Below are positions 1-10,073 of a stretch of 64,000 nt of DNA, one piece after another. Each line of letters opens with the position of its first letter. Positions within the stretch are counted from its first letter, which is position 1. The DNA comes from Bacteroidia bacterium. Lineage in GTDB: Bacteria > Bacteroidota > Bacteroidia > NS11-12g > UBA9320. The DNA lies in assembly GCA_029268695.1 (NCBI GenBank), contig JAQWNJ010000022.1, positions 45,560 to 109,559 on the forward strand, read 5' to 3'. The notes beneath the pieces were generated by a model that did no database searches, was not told the DNA's origin, and saw only the letters and a program-made list of their open reading frames with translations. A program made the position numbers and the translations under genes.

Positions 1-15
1 TGATTTGTCTTTAAA

Positions 16-537
16 ATGGAATCATTTGACCAAGAAGATATTGGACTACTCTTCAAATCAGTAGTCATTTTACCTCAAGATTCTTCTAAAAAAGAGCAAA
101 AATCTGGTGTAGAAAAAAAATTAGATGAGGCTGAATCATACAATGATAAAAGCTCGAAAAGTGAAGTCAGTGAACCCCTAAAAACATTAAGTACTCCCAA
201 TCAATCATGTGTTATACTAACAACTTTAGAACTTAAAGAGAACTTTATGAGTAATGGAAGTAGTTTTCAAAAAATCATAGAAGCATTAGGCATCAGCCCA
301 GCAAAAAAATATTTAACCACAGATTTAAGTCTTGAAAAGTTGAAAGATTATAAATGCGTTTGGTGTTTGGGGTTACCTCATGATATGGAAGCTAAAATAT
401 TAAAAATTAAGCACCCAAATCTTTTATTATCCCCAAGTATATTAGACTTGAAAACAAAAGAGGAAAAAATGGCCATGTACTCCCCTCTAAAAGAATTCGT
501 ATCCAAAAATATCACTCTATTTAGTTCAGTATCGTAG
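16..537 (+). CDS. Hypothetical protein, 173 aa; Lys/Ser/Glu-rich linker then an alpha/beta domain
   Basis: ORF track; ATG after an A-rich context. The C-terminus loosely recalls Bacteroidota 'DNA pol III psi-like' hypotheticals (recollection only). Confidence 0.7.
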   Translation: MESFDQEDIGLLFKSVVILPQDSSKKEQKSGVEKKLDEAESYNDKSSKSEVSEPLKTLSTPNQSCVILTTLELKENFMSNGSSFQKIIEALGISPAKKYLTTDLSLEKLKDYKCVWCLGLPHDMEAKILKIKHPNLLLSPSILDLKTKEEKMAMYSPLKEFVSKNITLFSSVS

Positions 538-628
538 TTCCAATCATGCTAAGCTACACTGAATAATAGCAATTATCTATTTAGATTTCTTATGACTTGC
601 AATGCGATAACAAAGACAAGCGTTTTGT

Positions 629-636
629 TATCTTTG
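629..636 (+). promoter_or_regulatory. Bacteroidota sigma-A -7 element TATCTTTG
   Basis: Exact TAnnTTTG match 23 nt upstream of ATG 660. Confidence 0.55.
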
Positions 637-659
637 CTTACTTTTATTTATGTAAATTC

Positions 660-3068
660 ATGTTAAGTAAAGACAATTTTACAAGCTATAAACATCAATC
701 GTTTTTTCTGAAACTGAAAGAATTAGCTCGGTCTAATTCTATTGCACCTTTTAATTTCAAAATGATATTTTTTGGAGGAACTGGTGCAGTAGGCGGACAA
801 GCAGTGATTGAAATTATATCGTCTTTCGATTATATGAAAGACGCTCAAAATTCCCTTCCAAATACAACTCCGAAATTAGTCATTACTGGGATAAATAGAA
901 GTCAAATTGATCAATTTTGCAGTAAACTATTTCAAATATTCGGAAAGCAAAAATTTGAAGAGATTGAAAAAAATGGCGATGAGTCCACACTATTATATGA
1001 CCAATTCATCGAGCTTCATTTCAAAACATTAATGGCTGTGCCCAAATTTCACGTTGATTTAGATAAGGCCTTGAATCAATTTGAAAGCAAGGAGGAAAAG
1101 GTGAATTATCTGATTTCAGAAGCGAGTAAAACAACGTCACCATTCGAGGCATTTGTTAAAAAAACAAAACAAGAATTAGGTCTCGGATCAAATGACTGTT
1201 TTAGAGCAATTTTCAGTGGAATTCCAGTCCCTAGTGTAGCCACCTACCATTTTGAATCCATTGATAAATTACTTATCAAGCATGGAATAGCTCAAGGAGA
1301 CACCGACAAGCACATTGAAAGATCCATCAAAAAAGAAATTTTAAAAGGACTAGCCGAAGATTTTGGAGATATTAAAAAACACCATGCTGAAGAAGTACTC
1401 ATGGCCCACACTACATCTGTGGGAGGCATGTATCAGATTATCAATGGTGAACCCGTGATTAAGCTGGGATATGCTCACTCATCACTCGGAGATCTTCTCA
1501 AAGAAAAGCAGTTCTATGCCAATGAATTAACCATTCATTATTCAAATTTTAACCTAAAGAGTCTTGTAACAGCAAGTGCTATTGGTATCGACTATATCTA
1601 TACAAGTAGCACACTACCTCTGAGTAGTGGTGTTTCTCGAAAATATCGCACCGCAGCAGAAAAAAACAAACTTCCCTTTGATTTAAAAGTAACTTATGAC
1701 AAAAAAGGGGAACGACTCTTAAACAAAATTTTTCCATTTCAGTCGCTACCTGTTAGCCACCCTGTAGCCGATACAAAAGGTAATCCCGTAGCCAAGACCA
1801 ACCTTAATTTTGGTAACAACAAAGACAATATACCCAGTCTCAATGTAAATTATGCCTTAAGAAGTGGAGAAAATGGACTGTTCTCTTTGGATAATGCTTA
1901 TGCCCTCTATCTGAATATGAAGATTGCATCCCAAGAGGAATTAGCTCACGTATTGGTGAGTAATGCCCTTCTGGGTGATGACAAGCAAAAACCATGGTTC
2001 GACCAACACGGCATTTGCTATTATACCCAAACGGATAATTCCAGTTTAATTTTTGCCCTGTTAAACAATCGTAAAGAATTTAGAAAATACCAAACTAGTG
2101 CATTTACTGTAAAGGCTTTTCAGGAACTGGGAAGTAGTAAGCATCAAGCGGAGCTTCACATGCATGGATTATTTATTTTGATGCACAAATTGAAAAATTT
2201 GAGCTCTCAGAATATTGCATCTGTGATTACTTCAAAATACAAAGAGCAAGAAGTCAAAGATTTTGTAGATACTAATACGCCCCAACTACTCTTGGAGGAC
2301 GTTGTATCCTATGGGAAAGACACCCAAGCATTGGCTGCAACATTTAGCTCGCTTCTCTCCATTAAATCTGTTGGAGAAATGGCGGAATTCACAGGTTACA
2401 CTGGCGAACTTACCGGATTTGTAAAGGTGTTTTTCAATGGGTTATACGCTGCTGTATCACAAACTGTTCGAGCGATTACTTCACTTGGAAATCCTATTAT
2501 TTTTCGAAACAATGCTGGCAAAGACCAAATATTAGCTGGCCCCTATTTTGCTCCACTTGATTTGGTATTGGACACCAATTACACCCTCATTGAAACCATA
2601 GACCAACTTTGCAAAGAGCACAAGCTTGAAAGGGACTCCATGATTAATTGGTTGGTTTGTAACAATGGTTTTGTGGATCTAAGACCTGAAGCCATTCTGA
2701 ATACTGCAAAAAGGTTTGATCAGGGTTTGGACGACCAAATATCCGTCATAAAAGATGCAGATCAATTCAGAAAGCAAATACAGCAACTCAAACTAAAAAA
2801 CAGACGCAATACTCATGAAAATATTCACTTCAATACTAGCGGACTATTGGCCTATTGCGGACGTATCACAGGGCTTTATGAACAACTCGAGAAGTTTGAT
2901 CTGAGTCTTGGTACCTACAACGGTTGGAAAGCACTTTTCCCGATTGATGATAAGTTCAACCATATCCTCATTCCAGGATTGGTAGAAGCCATGAGGCACT
3001 ATAGTGAGGGACTTGGAAAAATAACTGGCACCGAATTCTTGTATCCAAAATATGGATACTTTGACTAA
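660..3068 (+). CDS. Large uncharacterised protein (~802 aa) with N-terminal NAD(P)-binding Rossmann/SDR-like domain
   Basis: ORF track 597..3068 (TTG); ATG 660 preferred because the -7 element lies at 629-636. GGTGAVGG glycine motif at 774-797. Confidence 0.85.
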   Translation: MLSKDNFTSYKHQSFFLKLKELARSNSIAPFNFKMIFFGGTGAVGGQAVIEIISSFDYMKDAQNSLPNTTPKLVITGINRSQIDQFCSKLFQIFGKQKFEEIEKNGDESTLLYDQFIELHFKTLMAVPKFHVDLDKALNQFESKEEKVNYLISEASKTTSPFEAFVKKTKQELGLGSNDCFRAIFSGIPVPSVATYHFESIDKLLIKHGIAQGDTDKHIERSIKKEILKGLAEDFGDIKKHHAEEVLMAHTTSVGGMYQIINGEPVIKLGYAHSSLGDLLKEKQFYANELTIHYSNFNLKSLVTASAIGIDYIYTSSTLPLSSGVSRKYRTAAEKNKLPFDLKVTYDKKGERLLNKIFPFQSLPVSHPVADTKGNPVAKTNLNFGNNKDNIPSLNVNYALRSGENGLFSLDNAYALYLNMKIASQEELAHVLVSNALLGDDKQKPWFDQHGICYYTQTDNSSLIFALLNNRKEFRKYQTSAFTVKAFQELGSSKHQAELHMHGLFILMHKLKNLSSQNIASVITSKYKEQEVKDFVDTNTPQLLLEDVVSYGKDTQALAATFSSLLSIKSVGEMAEFTGYTGELTGFVKVFFNGLYAAVSQTVRAITSLGNPIIFRNNAGKDQILAGPYFAPLDLVLDTNYTLIETIDQLCKEHKLERDSMINWLVCNNGFVDLRPEAILNTAKRFDQGLDDQISVIKDADQFRKQIQQLKLKNRRNTHENIHFNTSGLLAYCGRITGLYEQLEKFDLSLGTYNGWKALFPIDDKFNHILIPGLVEAMRHYSEGLGKITGTEFLYPKYGYFD

Positions 3069-3143
3069 AATCCTATCATCCAATATCATATTAAAATATG
3101 ACGGATATCCTTCCCATTTATGATAATATCGGAATTAGCGATT

Positions 3144-4469
3144 CTAATCTACATTATCATGTAGAAAGGAGTTGTTAGTCCTCAACTCTGGTTTTGACTC
3201 CGGCTCCTCTATAAGACTTGTTCGTGATATTTCCATCTCCGAAGAATGATTTACTTCATTTAAAGTCACATTTCTCCGTTTGTATGCAGGTATATTTTCC
3301 ATTTTCTCAATACCCTCTTGACCCGAATGACTGTTGACATGAGATGAATTTGAATCTTTTTGGGTATCACTATTTGCTAATGTATCAAAAATGGTAATTT
3401 GCTTCTGTGCATCCAATTCCTCTTGTGTTAAATTATCATTGACATTTACATCACCCAAATTATACTCTACATCACTATTTGAGGCAATGGCATTGTATCT
3501 ATTTTCCACTCGATTAAAACCAGTAGCTATAACTGTTACACTAAGACTTCTGCCTAAATTTTCATCATAACAAAGACCACATTTTAAGTTGGCATCACTT
3601 CCAGTTTCTGCCTGTAGATATTCATTAATCGTAGCATATTCATCCATGGTAGCCTCCTCATCACCATATGAAATATTAACAAGCAGGTCACTAGCTCCTT
3701 GTATCTTATTGTCATCTAACAATGGAGAATTCAAGGCCTGATTAACTGCACGCATGGCTCGATCATCTCCCTCTGAAGTTCCCATTCCCATGATAGATAC
3801 GCCACTGCCTGTCATTGCGGTTTTAACATCCTCAAAATCAACATTTATACTTCCTGCGATCGTGATAATCTCTGCTATCCCCTTGGCAGCTGTAGCTAGG
3901 ATATTATCTGCATATCCAAAAGCTTTGCTGATTGGTAAATTTCCATAGATTTCCTTGATTCGATCATTAGAAACAACCAATAGTGAATCAACACTATCTC
4001 TGATTTCCTCAATTCCATGAAAGGCTGCCGTGCATCGTTTGTTTCCCTCAAACAGGAATGGAGTGGTAACAATACCTACCGTTAAAATTCCTTTGTCTTT
4101 GGCAGCTTTAGCTATTACTGGGGCTGCCCCAGTACCAGTACCTCCACCCATACCCGCAGTAATGAATACCATTTGAGTGTTTGATCCTAATGACTCGATA
4201 ATATCATGAATACTCTCTTCTGCTGCTTTTCTTCCTATCTCTGGATTTGATCCAGCTCCTCTTCCTTCAGTGAGCGAACTACCAATCTGGACTTTGTTTA
4301 TGATTGGACTTTTCTCTAGTGCTTGAGCATCGGTATTGCAGATAAAAAAGTCAACACCCTGTATTCCTTCAGAATACATGTGATTTACGGCATTTCCTCC
4401 TCCGCCTCCTACACCAATTACTTTAATGATGGACGATCTATCTTTGGGTAATTCTACTGTAAAACTCAT
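3144..4469 (-). CDS. ftsZ: Cell division protein FtsZ
   Basis: [10 protein letters not shown] and GMGGGTGTG signatures; Bacteroidota-type C-terminus IPAYKRR...FLHDNVD. Confidence 0.99.
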   Translation of the reverse strand: MSFTVELPKDRSSIIKVIGVGGGGGNAVNHMYSEGIQGVDFFICNTDAQALEKSPIINKVQIGSSLTEGRGAGSNPEIGRKAAEESIHDIIESLGSNTQMVFITAGMGGGTGTGAAPVIAKAAKDKGILTVGIVTTPFLFEGNKRCTAAFHGIEEIRDSVDSLLVVSNDRIKEIYGNLPISKAFGYADNILATAAKGIAEIITIAGSINVDFEDVKTAMTGSGVSIMGMGTSEGDDRAMRAVNQALNSPLLDDNKIQGASDLLVNISYGDEEATMDEYATINEYLQAETGSDANLKCGLCYDENLGRSLSVTVIATGFNRVENRYNAIASNSDVEYNLGDVNVNDNLTQEELDAQKQITIFDTLANSDTQKDSNSSHVNSHSGQEGIEKMENIPAYKRRNVTLNEVNHSSEMEISRTSLIEEPESKPELRTNNSFLHDNVD

Positions 4470-4474
4470 ATTTT

Positions 4475-5758
4475 TTATTTTTTGAAATCTTCAACTTCTA
4501 CTTCATCTTTTAACCATTCTTTAATACGAGAGAATATTCCTACTTTATCGCCTGGCTGTTTTGGTCCAGGACTAATAATATCTCCACCTCCTATTCGTTC
4601 TGCCGCTAATCCTCTGAGAACCAACCCTACACCCGTAGCATAAATAGGACTCTTAACTTCTTCAACCATTCCCTTAGCCAAATGCTCGTTAGGGTAACCA
4701 ATTCTTGCGTCAAGTCCTGTAACAAACTCAGCAAGTTGGTCAACATGTTTGAGTTGTGATCCACCACCTGTGATTACAATTCCTCCAGCTAATTTTTTTT
4801 CTAGACCACTCTGTTTTATCTCAAAATGTACAAGCTCCATAATCTCTTGGATACGTGCTTGAATTACCTTTGAAAGGTTTTTAACCGATATTTCTTTGGC
4901 TGCTCTCCCCCTTATTCCAGGAATAGTAACAATTTCATTTTCATCTAACTCACTAGCCAACGCACTTCCAAACTTCACTTTAAGAAGTTCAGCATGTGCT
5001 TTCATAACATTACACCCTTGTTTAATATCTTCAGTAATAATATTTCCTCCGTATGGAATTACAGCTGTGTGGCAAATGATATTATCATAAAATATTGCCA
5101 CGTCTGTGGTACCTCCACCAATATCTACCAATACGACACCAGCTTCAAGTTCATCGCTACTTAAAACAGCTTCCGAAGATGCAAGAGGTTCAAGTGCAAT
5201 ATCTGTCACTTGCAAATTGGATTTCTCAACACACTTATAAATATTTTTGGCAGCAGAAATCTGACCTGTAATAACATGAAAATTCCCCTCAACTTTAACC
5301 CCAGCCATCCCAATTGGATCAATGATTCCTGGCTCATCATCTACTGTATATTCTTGAGGTAACACATGTAAAATTCGATCTCCAGGTTTTACCGCAAGCT
5401 TGAACATATCATTTTCTAATTTTTTCAAATCATCGGCATTTATTTCTGATTCTCCATCATTGCGAATAATCATACCGCGATGTTGCAAACTATTTATATG
5501 AGCTCCTGCTATACCCACTTCAACACGTTGTATATCCACGTTGGATTTTTCGGATGCTTCTTTGATAGCCGCTTGTATGGCAGCTACTGTACGATCAATA
5601 TTTGAGACAACACCTCTGGTTACCCCTCCATGAGAAGCTACTTTACCCATACCGAGTATATCTACTTTTCCATACTGATTTGCTCTACCTACAATGGCAC
5701 AAACCTTAGTTGTACCTATATCTAATCCAACAATAATTTTTTCTTGTGATTCTGCCAT
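4475..5758 (-). CDS. ftsA: Cell division protein FtsA
   Basis: VGLDIGTTK, DIGGGTTD, ITGGGSQL actin-fold motifs; dcw position. Confidence 0.99.
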   Translation of the reverse strand: MAESQEKIIVGLDIGTTKVCAIVGRANQYGKVDILGMGKVASHGGVTRGVVSNIDRTVAAIQAAIKEASEKSNVDIQRVEVGIAGAHINSLQHRGMIIRNDGESEINADDLKKLENDMFKLAVKPGDRILHVLPQEYTVDDEPGIIDPIGMAGVKVEGNFHVITGQISAAKNIYKCVEKSNLQVTDIALEPLASSEAVLSSDELEAGVVLVDIGGGTTDVAIFYDNIICHTAVIPYGGNIITEDIKQGCNVMKAHAELLKVKFGSALASELDENEIVTIPGIRGRAAKEISVKNLSKVIQARIQEIMELVHFEIKQSGLEKKLAGGIVITGGGSQLKHVDQLAEFVTGLDARIGYPNEHLAKGMVEEVKSPIYATGVGLVLRGLAAERIGGGDIISPGPKQPGDKVGIFSRIKEWLKDEVEVEDFKK

Positions 5759-5762
5759 GTTA

Positions 5763-6497
5763 CTATTTACAAACGATTTGATTCTTATATTTTAAATTAA
5801 TGATTCGATATTTATCCCACCCAATATGACTTAGTCCATCGACGTAAAAATCAATGAGTTTATCAAATTTTGCTGGAATATTAGTGGTATCTCCGATCAC
5901 TATTTTTTGGTTATTAATTTTTGGTATGATGATTAAGTCACCCTTGTCTACAAATATCTGCTCTGTAATAGCATCTATAAATGCATTTTCATGCACATAG
6001 GTGGATAGGGTGTACACTTTCTTAATCATTTCAGGACTTACATAATCATTGACCACTGGAACTCGTGCAATATCTACATCAAAGGATGGAATTCTTACCA
6101 AATCATCTGCTAGATAAAAAGATTTTTGATTTGGAGGCATGATTCTCACCAATGGGACATGCTGAAGAATATCTATCTTTAATTCCCCTTTCAAATCAAA
6201 ACTTACTTCAGCCTTCTTTATCGCGGATATATTTTCTAATTTTTGTTCGATATCTGATAAAGAGATACTATTTTGAGGAACACCAGATAATCCACCGATA
6301 TACCATTTATCCAACTTGTTTTTGATGATTTCTTGAGTTATTAATTGTTTTTGAGCTGGTGCCTCAATCACAATCTTTACATACGTACAAATCTGATGTT
6401 GTTGATTTTTCCTAAGTAGAAATAAAATCACAAAAACGATGAGAATTGATAAGACATACAGGCTCTTTCGTAGATATGGTATAATTTTACTAGCCAT
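5763..6497 (-). CDS. ftsQ: Cell division protein FtsQ/DivIB
   Basis: N-terminal TM helix, POTRA-like region, C-terminal INLKYKNQIVC; between murC and ftsA; ATG 6497 overlaps the murC stop. Confidence 0.9.
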   Translation of the reverse strand: MASKIIPYLRKSLYVLSILIVFVILFLLRKNQQHQICTYVKIVIEAPAQKQLITQEIIKNKLDKWYIGGLSGVPQNSISLSDIEQKLENISAIKKAEVSFDLKGELKIDILQHVPLVRIMPPNQKSFYLADDLVRIPSFDVDIARVPVVNDYVSPEMIKKVYTLSTYVHENAFIDAITEQIFVDKGDLIIIPKINNQKIVIGDTTNIPAKFDKLIDFYVDGLSHIGWDKYRIINLKYKNQIVCK

Positions 6498-7857
6498 AGA
6501 ACTCATAAATTTGTTTTACTAATTGGTCGATATCTCCAGCACCAAGGGTCAAGAGTATGTCTACTTCTTTTTGTTTTAAATTTTTGATCACTTCACTCTT
6601 AGGCACACAAATAGCATTTGGATGGCTAATATTTTTCAATAATACATCTGATGTCACCCCTTCAATAGGAAGCTCTCTTGCTGGATAAATAGGCAATAAA
6701 ATCAGGCTATCTACTTTAGAAAGTTCTTGAGCAAATTCTGTCATAAAATCCTGTGTTCGACTATATAAATGGGGTTGAAAAATCGCTGTAATCTTACGGT
6801 TTGGATACAAATTTCTTACTGAAGAAATGATTGCTTTCAACTCACTTGGATGATGTGCATAATCGTCGATATACAAAAAATCATTCCGTTCTATCACATA
6901 TTGAAATCTTCGTTTGATGCCTTTAAATTCTTTTAGACCAATTCGAATAGCTTGTTCATCAACCCCAGCATTACTGCACATCAACGCTGCACCAACAGCA
7001 TTCTCAAGATTATGAATACCAGGTAAACTGACAAACAAATCATTTATAAATAGATTTCCAAGATGATCACAAATGTCAAAATATGTTCCTTTGGAATCTT
7101 GAGAATGTATCACTGCATAAAACATGGCCTCTTGATCTGTAGCTGAATAACTAATACCCCTTATATTTTTTACTTTATTTTTAGCATAAAAAGTATGTTT
7201 ATCCTCTACAACTAAGTTAGAAAATTCAACATAAGAGTCCTCTAAATATTCTTTGCTACCATAAATATCTAGATGATCTGCATCCGTACTAGTTATAATA
7301 CCATAAGTTGGTTTAAGGTATAAAAATGACCGATCAAACTCGTCGGCTTCAGTAATTGAAAAATTACTTCCACCTTTATCTTGCTTGAAATAATTACTAT
7401 TTAGATTGGCACTTATCCCTCCAAGGAATGCTGAAAAAGAGAGATTCGATTGTTGAAAAATTGATGCGACAATACTACTAGTCGTTGTTTTTCCGTGTGT
7501 TCCTGCTACACTCAAATTAATGGTATTTTTGGTTACCTCTCCAAGAATTTCAGCACGCTTGTACATGGCATAATCATTCTTCAGGAAATAATTCATTAAA
7601 TAACTACTTTGGGGGATTGCGGGAGTATAGACAATAAAGCACTCATCAGAGTTTTGAATAAATTTATTGTCGATAGAAGACAGATGATCTTCAAAAAACA
7701 CCCCAATCCCTTCTTGATTCAATTGATCTGTAATGGGAGAAGATGTTCGATCATAACCACAAACAAAATATCCTTCAGAATTAAAATAACGGGCGAGTGC
7801 ACTCATACCGATTCCACCGATTCCTATGAAAAAGATATTTTTTCTATTTAATGACAC
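6490..7857 (-). CDS. murC: UDP-N-acetylmuramate--L-alanine ligase
   Basis: FIGIGGIGMSALA, AGTHGKTTT, EADEFDRSF, DDYAHHP. Confidence 0.99.
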   Translation of the reverse strand: MSLNRKNIFFIGIGGIGMSALARYFNSEGYFVCGYDRTSSPITDQLNQEGIGVFFEDHLSSIDNKFIQNSDECFIVYTPAIPQSSYLMNYFLKNDYAMYKRAEILGEVTKNTINLSVAGTHGKTTTSSIVASIFQQSNLSFSAFLGGISANLNSNYFKQDKGGSNFSITEADEFDRSFLYLKPTYGIITSTDADHLDIYGSKEYLEDSYVEFSNLVVEDKHTFYAKNKVKNIRGISYSATDQEAMFYAVIHSQDSKGTYFDICDHLGNLFINDLFVSLPGIHNLENAVGAALMCSNAGVDEQAIRIGLKEFKGIKRRFQYVIERNDFLYIDDYAHHPSELKAIISSVRNLYPNRKITAIFQPHLYSRTQDFMTEFAQELSKVDSLILLPIYPARELPIEGVTSDVLLKNISHPNAICVPKSEVIKNLKQKEVDILLTLGAGDIDQLVKQIYEFYG

Positions 7858-8932
7858 CTTGGATTATTTCATTTACGATACTTTTTGCAGCATGTGGCAA
7901 ACCCAATTTTAAAATTTCCGATTTGAGATTATTTTGTTGAGCTTCATCTTTCATTAAATCTATAATTAACTTACCTAACTGATCCTTTGCATCTTTATCT
8001 GGACAAAGTAAAGCAGCATTTTTATTGACTAAATTAAGTGCATTCTTAGTCTGATGATCTTCGCTAACAAAAGGTGACGGAACAAATATTGTAGCCTTTC
8101 CAAGAGCAGAAAGTTCGGAAACAGACATGGCTCCTGCCCTGCTCACAACTATATCTGCTACTTGATATGCCAAGTCCATTCGTTGAATGAAAGCTGTTCG
8201 TGTTCCCCAATCAAATGTTCCAAAATCATCTGTAAAGTTTTTTCCTGTTTGCCATAAAAGTTGTACCTCATGATCATCTAGTCTACTTAAATTTTCATCG
8301 ATTGCCTCATTAATTGTTCTGGCACCTAAACTTCCTCCAACTACCAAAACTGTTTTCTTTTTTGGATTTAGAGAAAAATGTTCAAAAGCACTAGTCTGGT
8401 TATCCAACTTCGACAAGAGATCTTGTCTTATTGGATTGCCCGTTAAAACTAATTTCTCTTTCGGGAAAAATTGCTCCATTTGTTGGTATGCTACACAAAT
8501 CTTTGCCGCATACTTTTTCAATAACTTATTAGTTATTCCTGGATAAGAATTCTGTTCTTGCAAAAACACAGGAACCCCCATCATGCTTGCCATATAATTT
8601 AATGGACCACTTGCATAACCTCCAACGCCAATGGTAAAATCTGGCTTGAATCTTTTAATAATCCAACTTGATTTCAATAAACTAGCTAATAACTTAAATG
8701 GCAGGCTGAGGTTTTTGGCGGTTAACCTTCTTTGAAGTCCCGATATCCATAGCCCATGAATTTTATATCCTGCAGCTGGAACTTTATCCATTTCCATTCT
8801 CCCGTTAGCACCAACAAATTCAATAACACTCTCCGGATACTTATGTATTATTTCGTTAGCTATTGCGATAGCAGGGAATATGTGTCCCCCTGTACCTCCA
8901 CCAGATATAAGAACTCGATATTTTTTACTCAT
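7844..8932 (-). CDS. murG: Lipid II GlcNAc transferase MurG
   Basis: GGGTGGHIFPA, GGYAS, EQNS, GNPIR, GGSLGA, SRAGA; ATG 8932 overlaps the ftsW stop. Confidence 0.99.
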   Translation of the reverse strand: MSKKYRVLISGGGTGGHIFPAIAIANEIIHKYPESVIEFVGANGRMEMDKVPAAGYKIHGLWISGLQRRLTAKNLSLPFKLLASLLKSSWIIKRFKPDFTIGVGGYASGPLNYMASMMGVPVFLQEQNSYPGITNKLLKKYAAKICVAYQQMEQFFPKEKLVLTGNPIRQDLLSKLDNQTSAFEHFSLNPKKKTVLVVGGSLGARTINEAIDENLSRLDDHEVQLLWQTGKNFTDDFGTFDWGTRTAFIQRMDLAYQVADIVVSRAGAMSVSELSALGKATIFVPSPFVSEDHQTKNALNLVNKNAALLCPDKDAKDQLGKLIIDLMKDEAQQNNLKSEILKLGLPHAAKSIVNEIIQGVIK

Positions 8933-10073
8933 TTTCTTTCTCTGGATAAATGGTTCTACTTGCACTCAGAATAATTCCAAATGCAATGCTTACAAATAAT
9001 ATGGATGTTCCTCCGCGGCTTACAATAGGAAGTGCTAGACCTGTAACAGGAAGAATATTGACGGCTACACCCATATTTATCAAAGCTTGAACTACCAAAC
9101 TAAAGGCCAATCCAATGGCTAAAAGAGCTGCCAGCGGATCTTCTGTTAATAAGACAATTCTAAATGATCGATAAAGCAATAATAAATAAAGTAAGACAAG
9201 AGTGAGTCCACCAAAAATCGACCCGTACTCCTCGATAATAATTGCATAAATAAAATCTGCAAATGGGGATGGTAAAATATTTTTCTGCCTACTTCTTCCA
9301 GGACCAGTTCCGACAAATCCTCCACGGGCAACAGCTATTTTAGCTTGCCTGCTTTGATATGTTCCTCCGTCATCACTACCATTTGAAAATGCCTCAATTC
9401 TACTTTTCATAGTAGCTATTCGTCCAAATTGAACATCAGAGTTCATTACATAAGCAAAAGCACCTCCTAGAACGAATATTCCAATACCTGCTAGCAAACC
9501 GATCTGTTTGAGTGGTATTCGACCCAAGAATAACACCAACATACTCGTTACAAATAGTACTGCAGAAGTTGAAAAATCTTCTGGAAAAATCAATAAACAA
9601 ACGAGTAAAATTATGGAAAGTATTGGAAGAAGTGTTTTTTTAAAATCATGAACCTCCCCCTGTCTTTTAGCCATAAAACGAGCAACATAAGCAACTAGTG
9701 CAAGCTTTGCAAAATCTGAACTTTGTACAGTAAGGCCGGCCACAGGCAAAGAAATCCATCTTCGAGCATCATTTATTTCAACCCCAAAAATTAAGGTGTA
9801 AATTAGTAATGGAATCGCAACAAATAGCATAATCTGAGCAATCCTTGAAAAGTATTGAATACTAATCAGGTGAGTTAACCACATCGTTGCTAAACCAAAA
9901 AATACCAAAAAAGCATGTTTCATAAGGTAGTATTCTGTATTACCACCTTTTTCAGCATAGGCAAGTGTACCCGTTGCAGAATACACTGCAAGAATTCCGA
10001 AAATAGAAAGTGCCAATACTACAAACCATATGTAGTAATCTCCCTTGATATTTTTTTGCAAAAATTCTCTCAC
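8925..10073 (-). CDS. ftsW: SEDS peptidoglycan polymerase FtsW
   Basis: Multi-TM; ARRWI, QSSDFAK, DFIYAIIIEEYG, PVTGLALPIVSRGGTS. Confidence 0.97.
   Translation of the reverse strand: MREFLQKNIKGDYYIWFVVLALSIFGILAVYSATGTLAYAEKGGNTEYYLMKHAFLVFFGLATMWLTHLISIQYFSRIAQIMLFVAIPLLIYTLIFGVEINDARRWISLPVAGLTVQSSDFAKLALVAYVARFMAKRQGEVHDFKKTLLPILSIILLVCLLIFPEDFSTSAVLFVTSMLVLFLGRIPLKQIGLLAGIGIFVLGGAFAYVMNSDVQFGRIATMKSRIEAFSNGSDDGGTYQSRQAKIAVARGGFVGTGPGRSRQKNILPSPFADFIYAIIIEEYGSIFGGLTLVLLYLLLLYRSFRIVLLTEDPLAALLAIGLAFSLVVQALINMGVAVNILPVTGLALPIVSRGGTSILFVSIAFGIILSASRTIYPEKENE

Noticed and set aside
3086-3101. TCATATT-AA-AATATGA palindrome between convergent genes
   Set aside because: Short, AT-only, 2-nt loop; expected by chance
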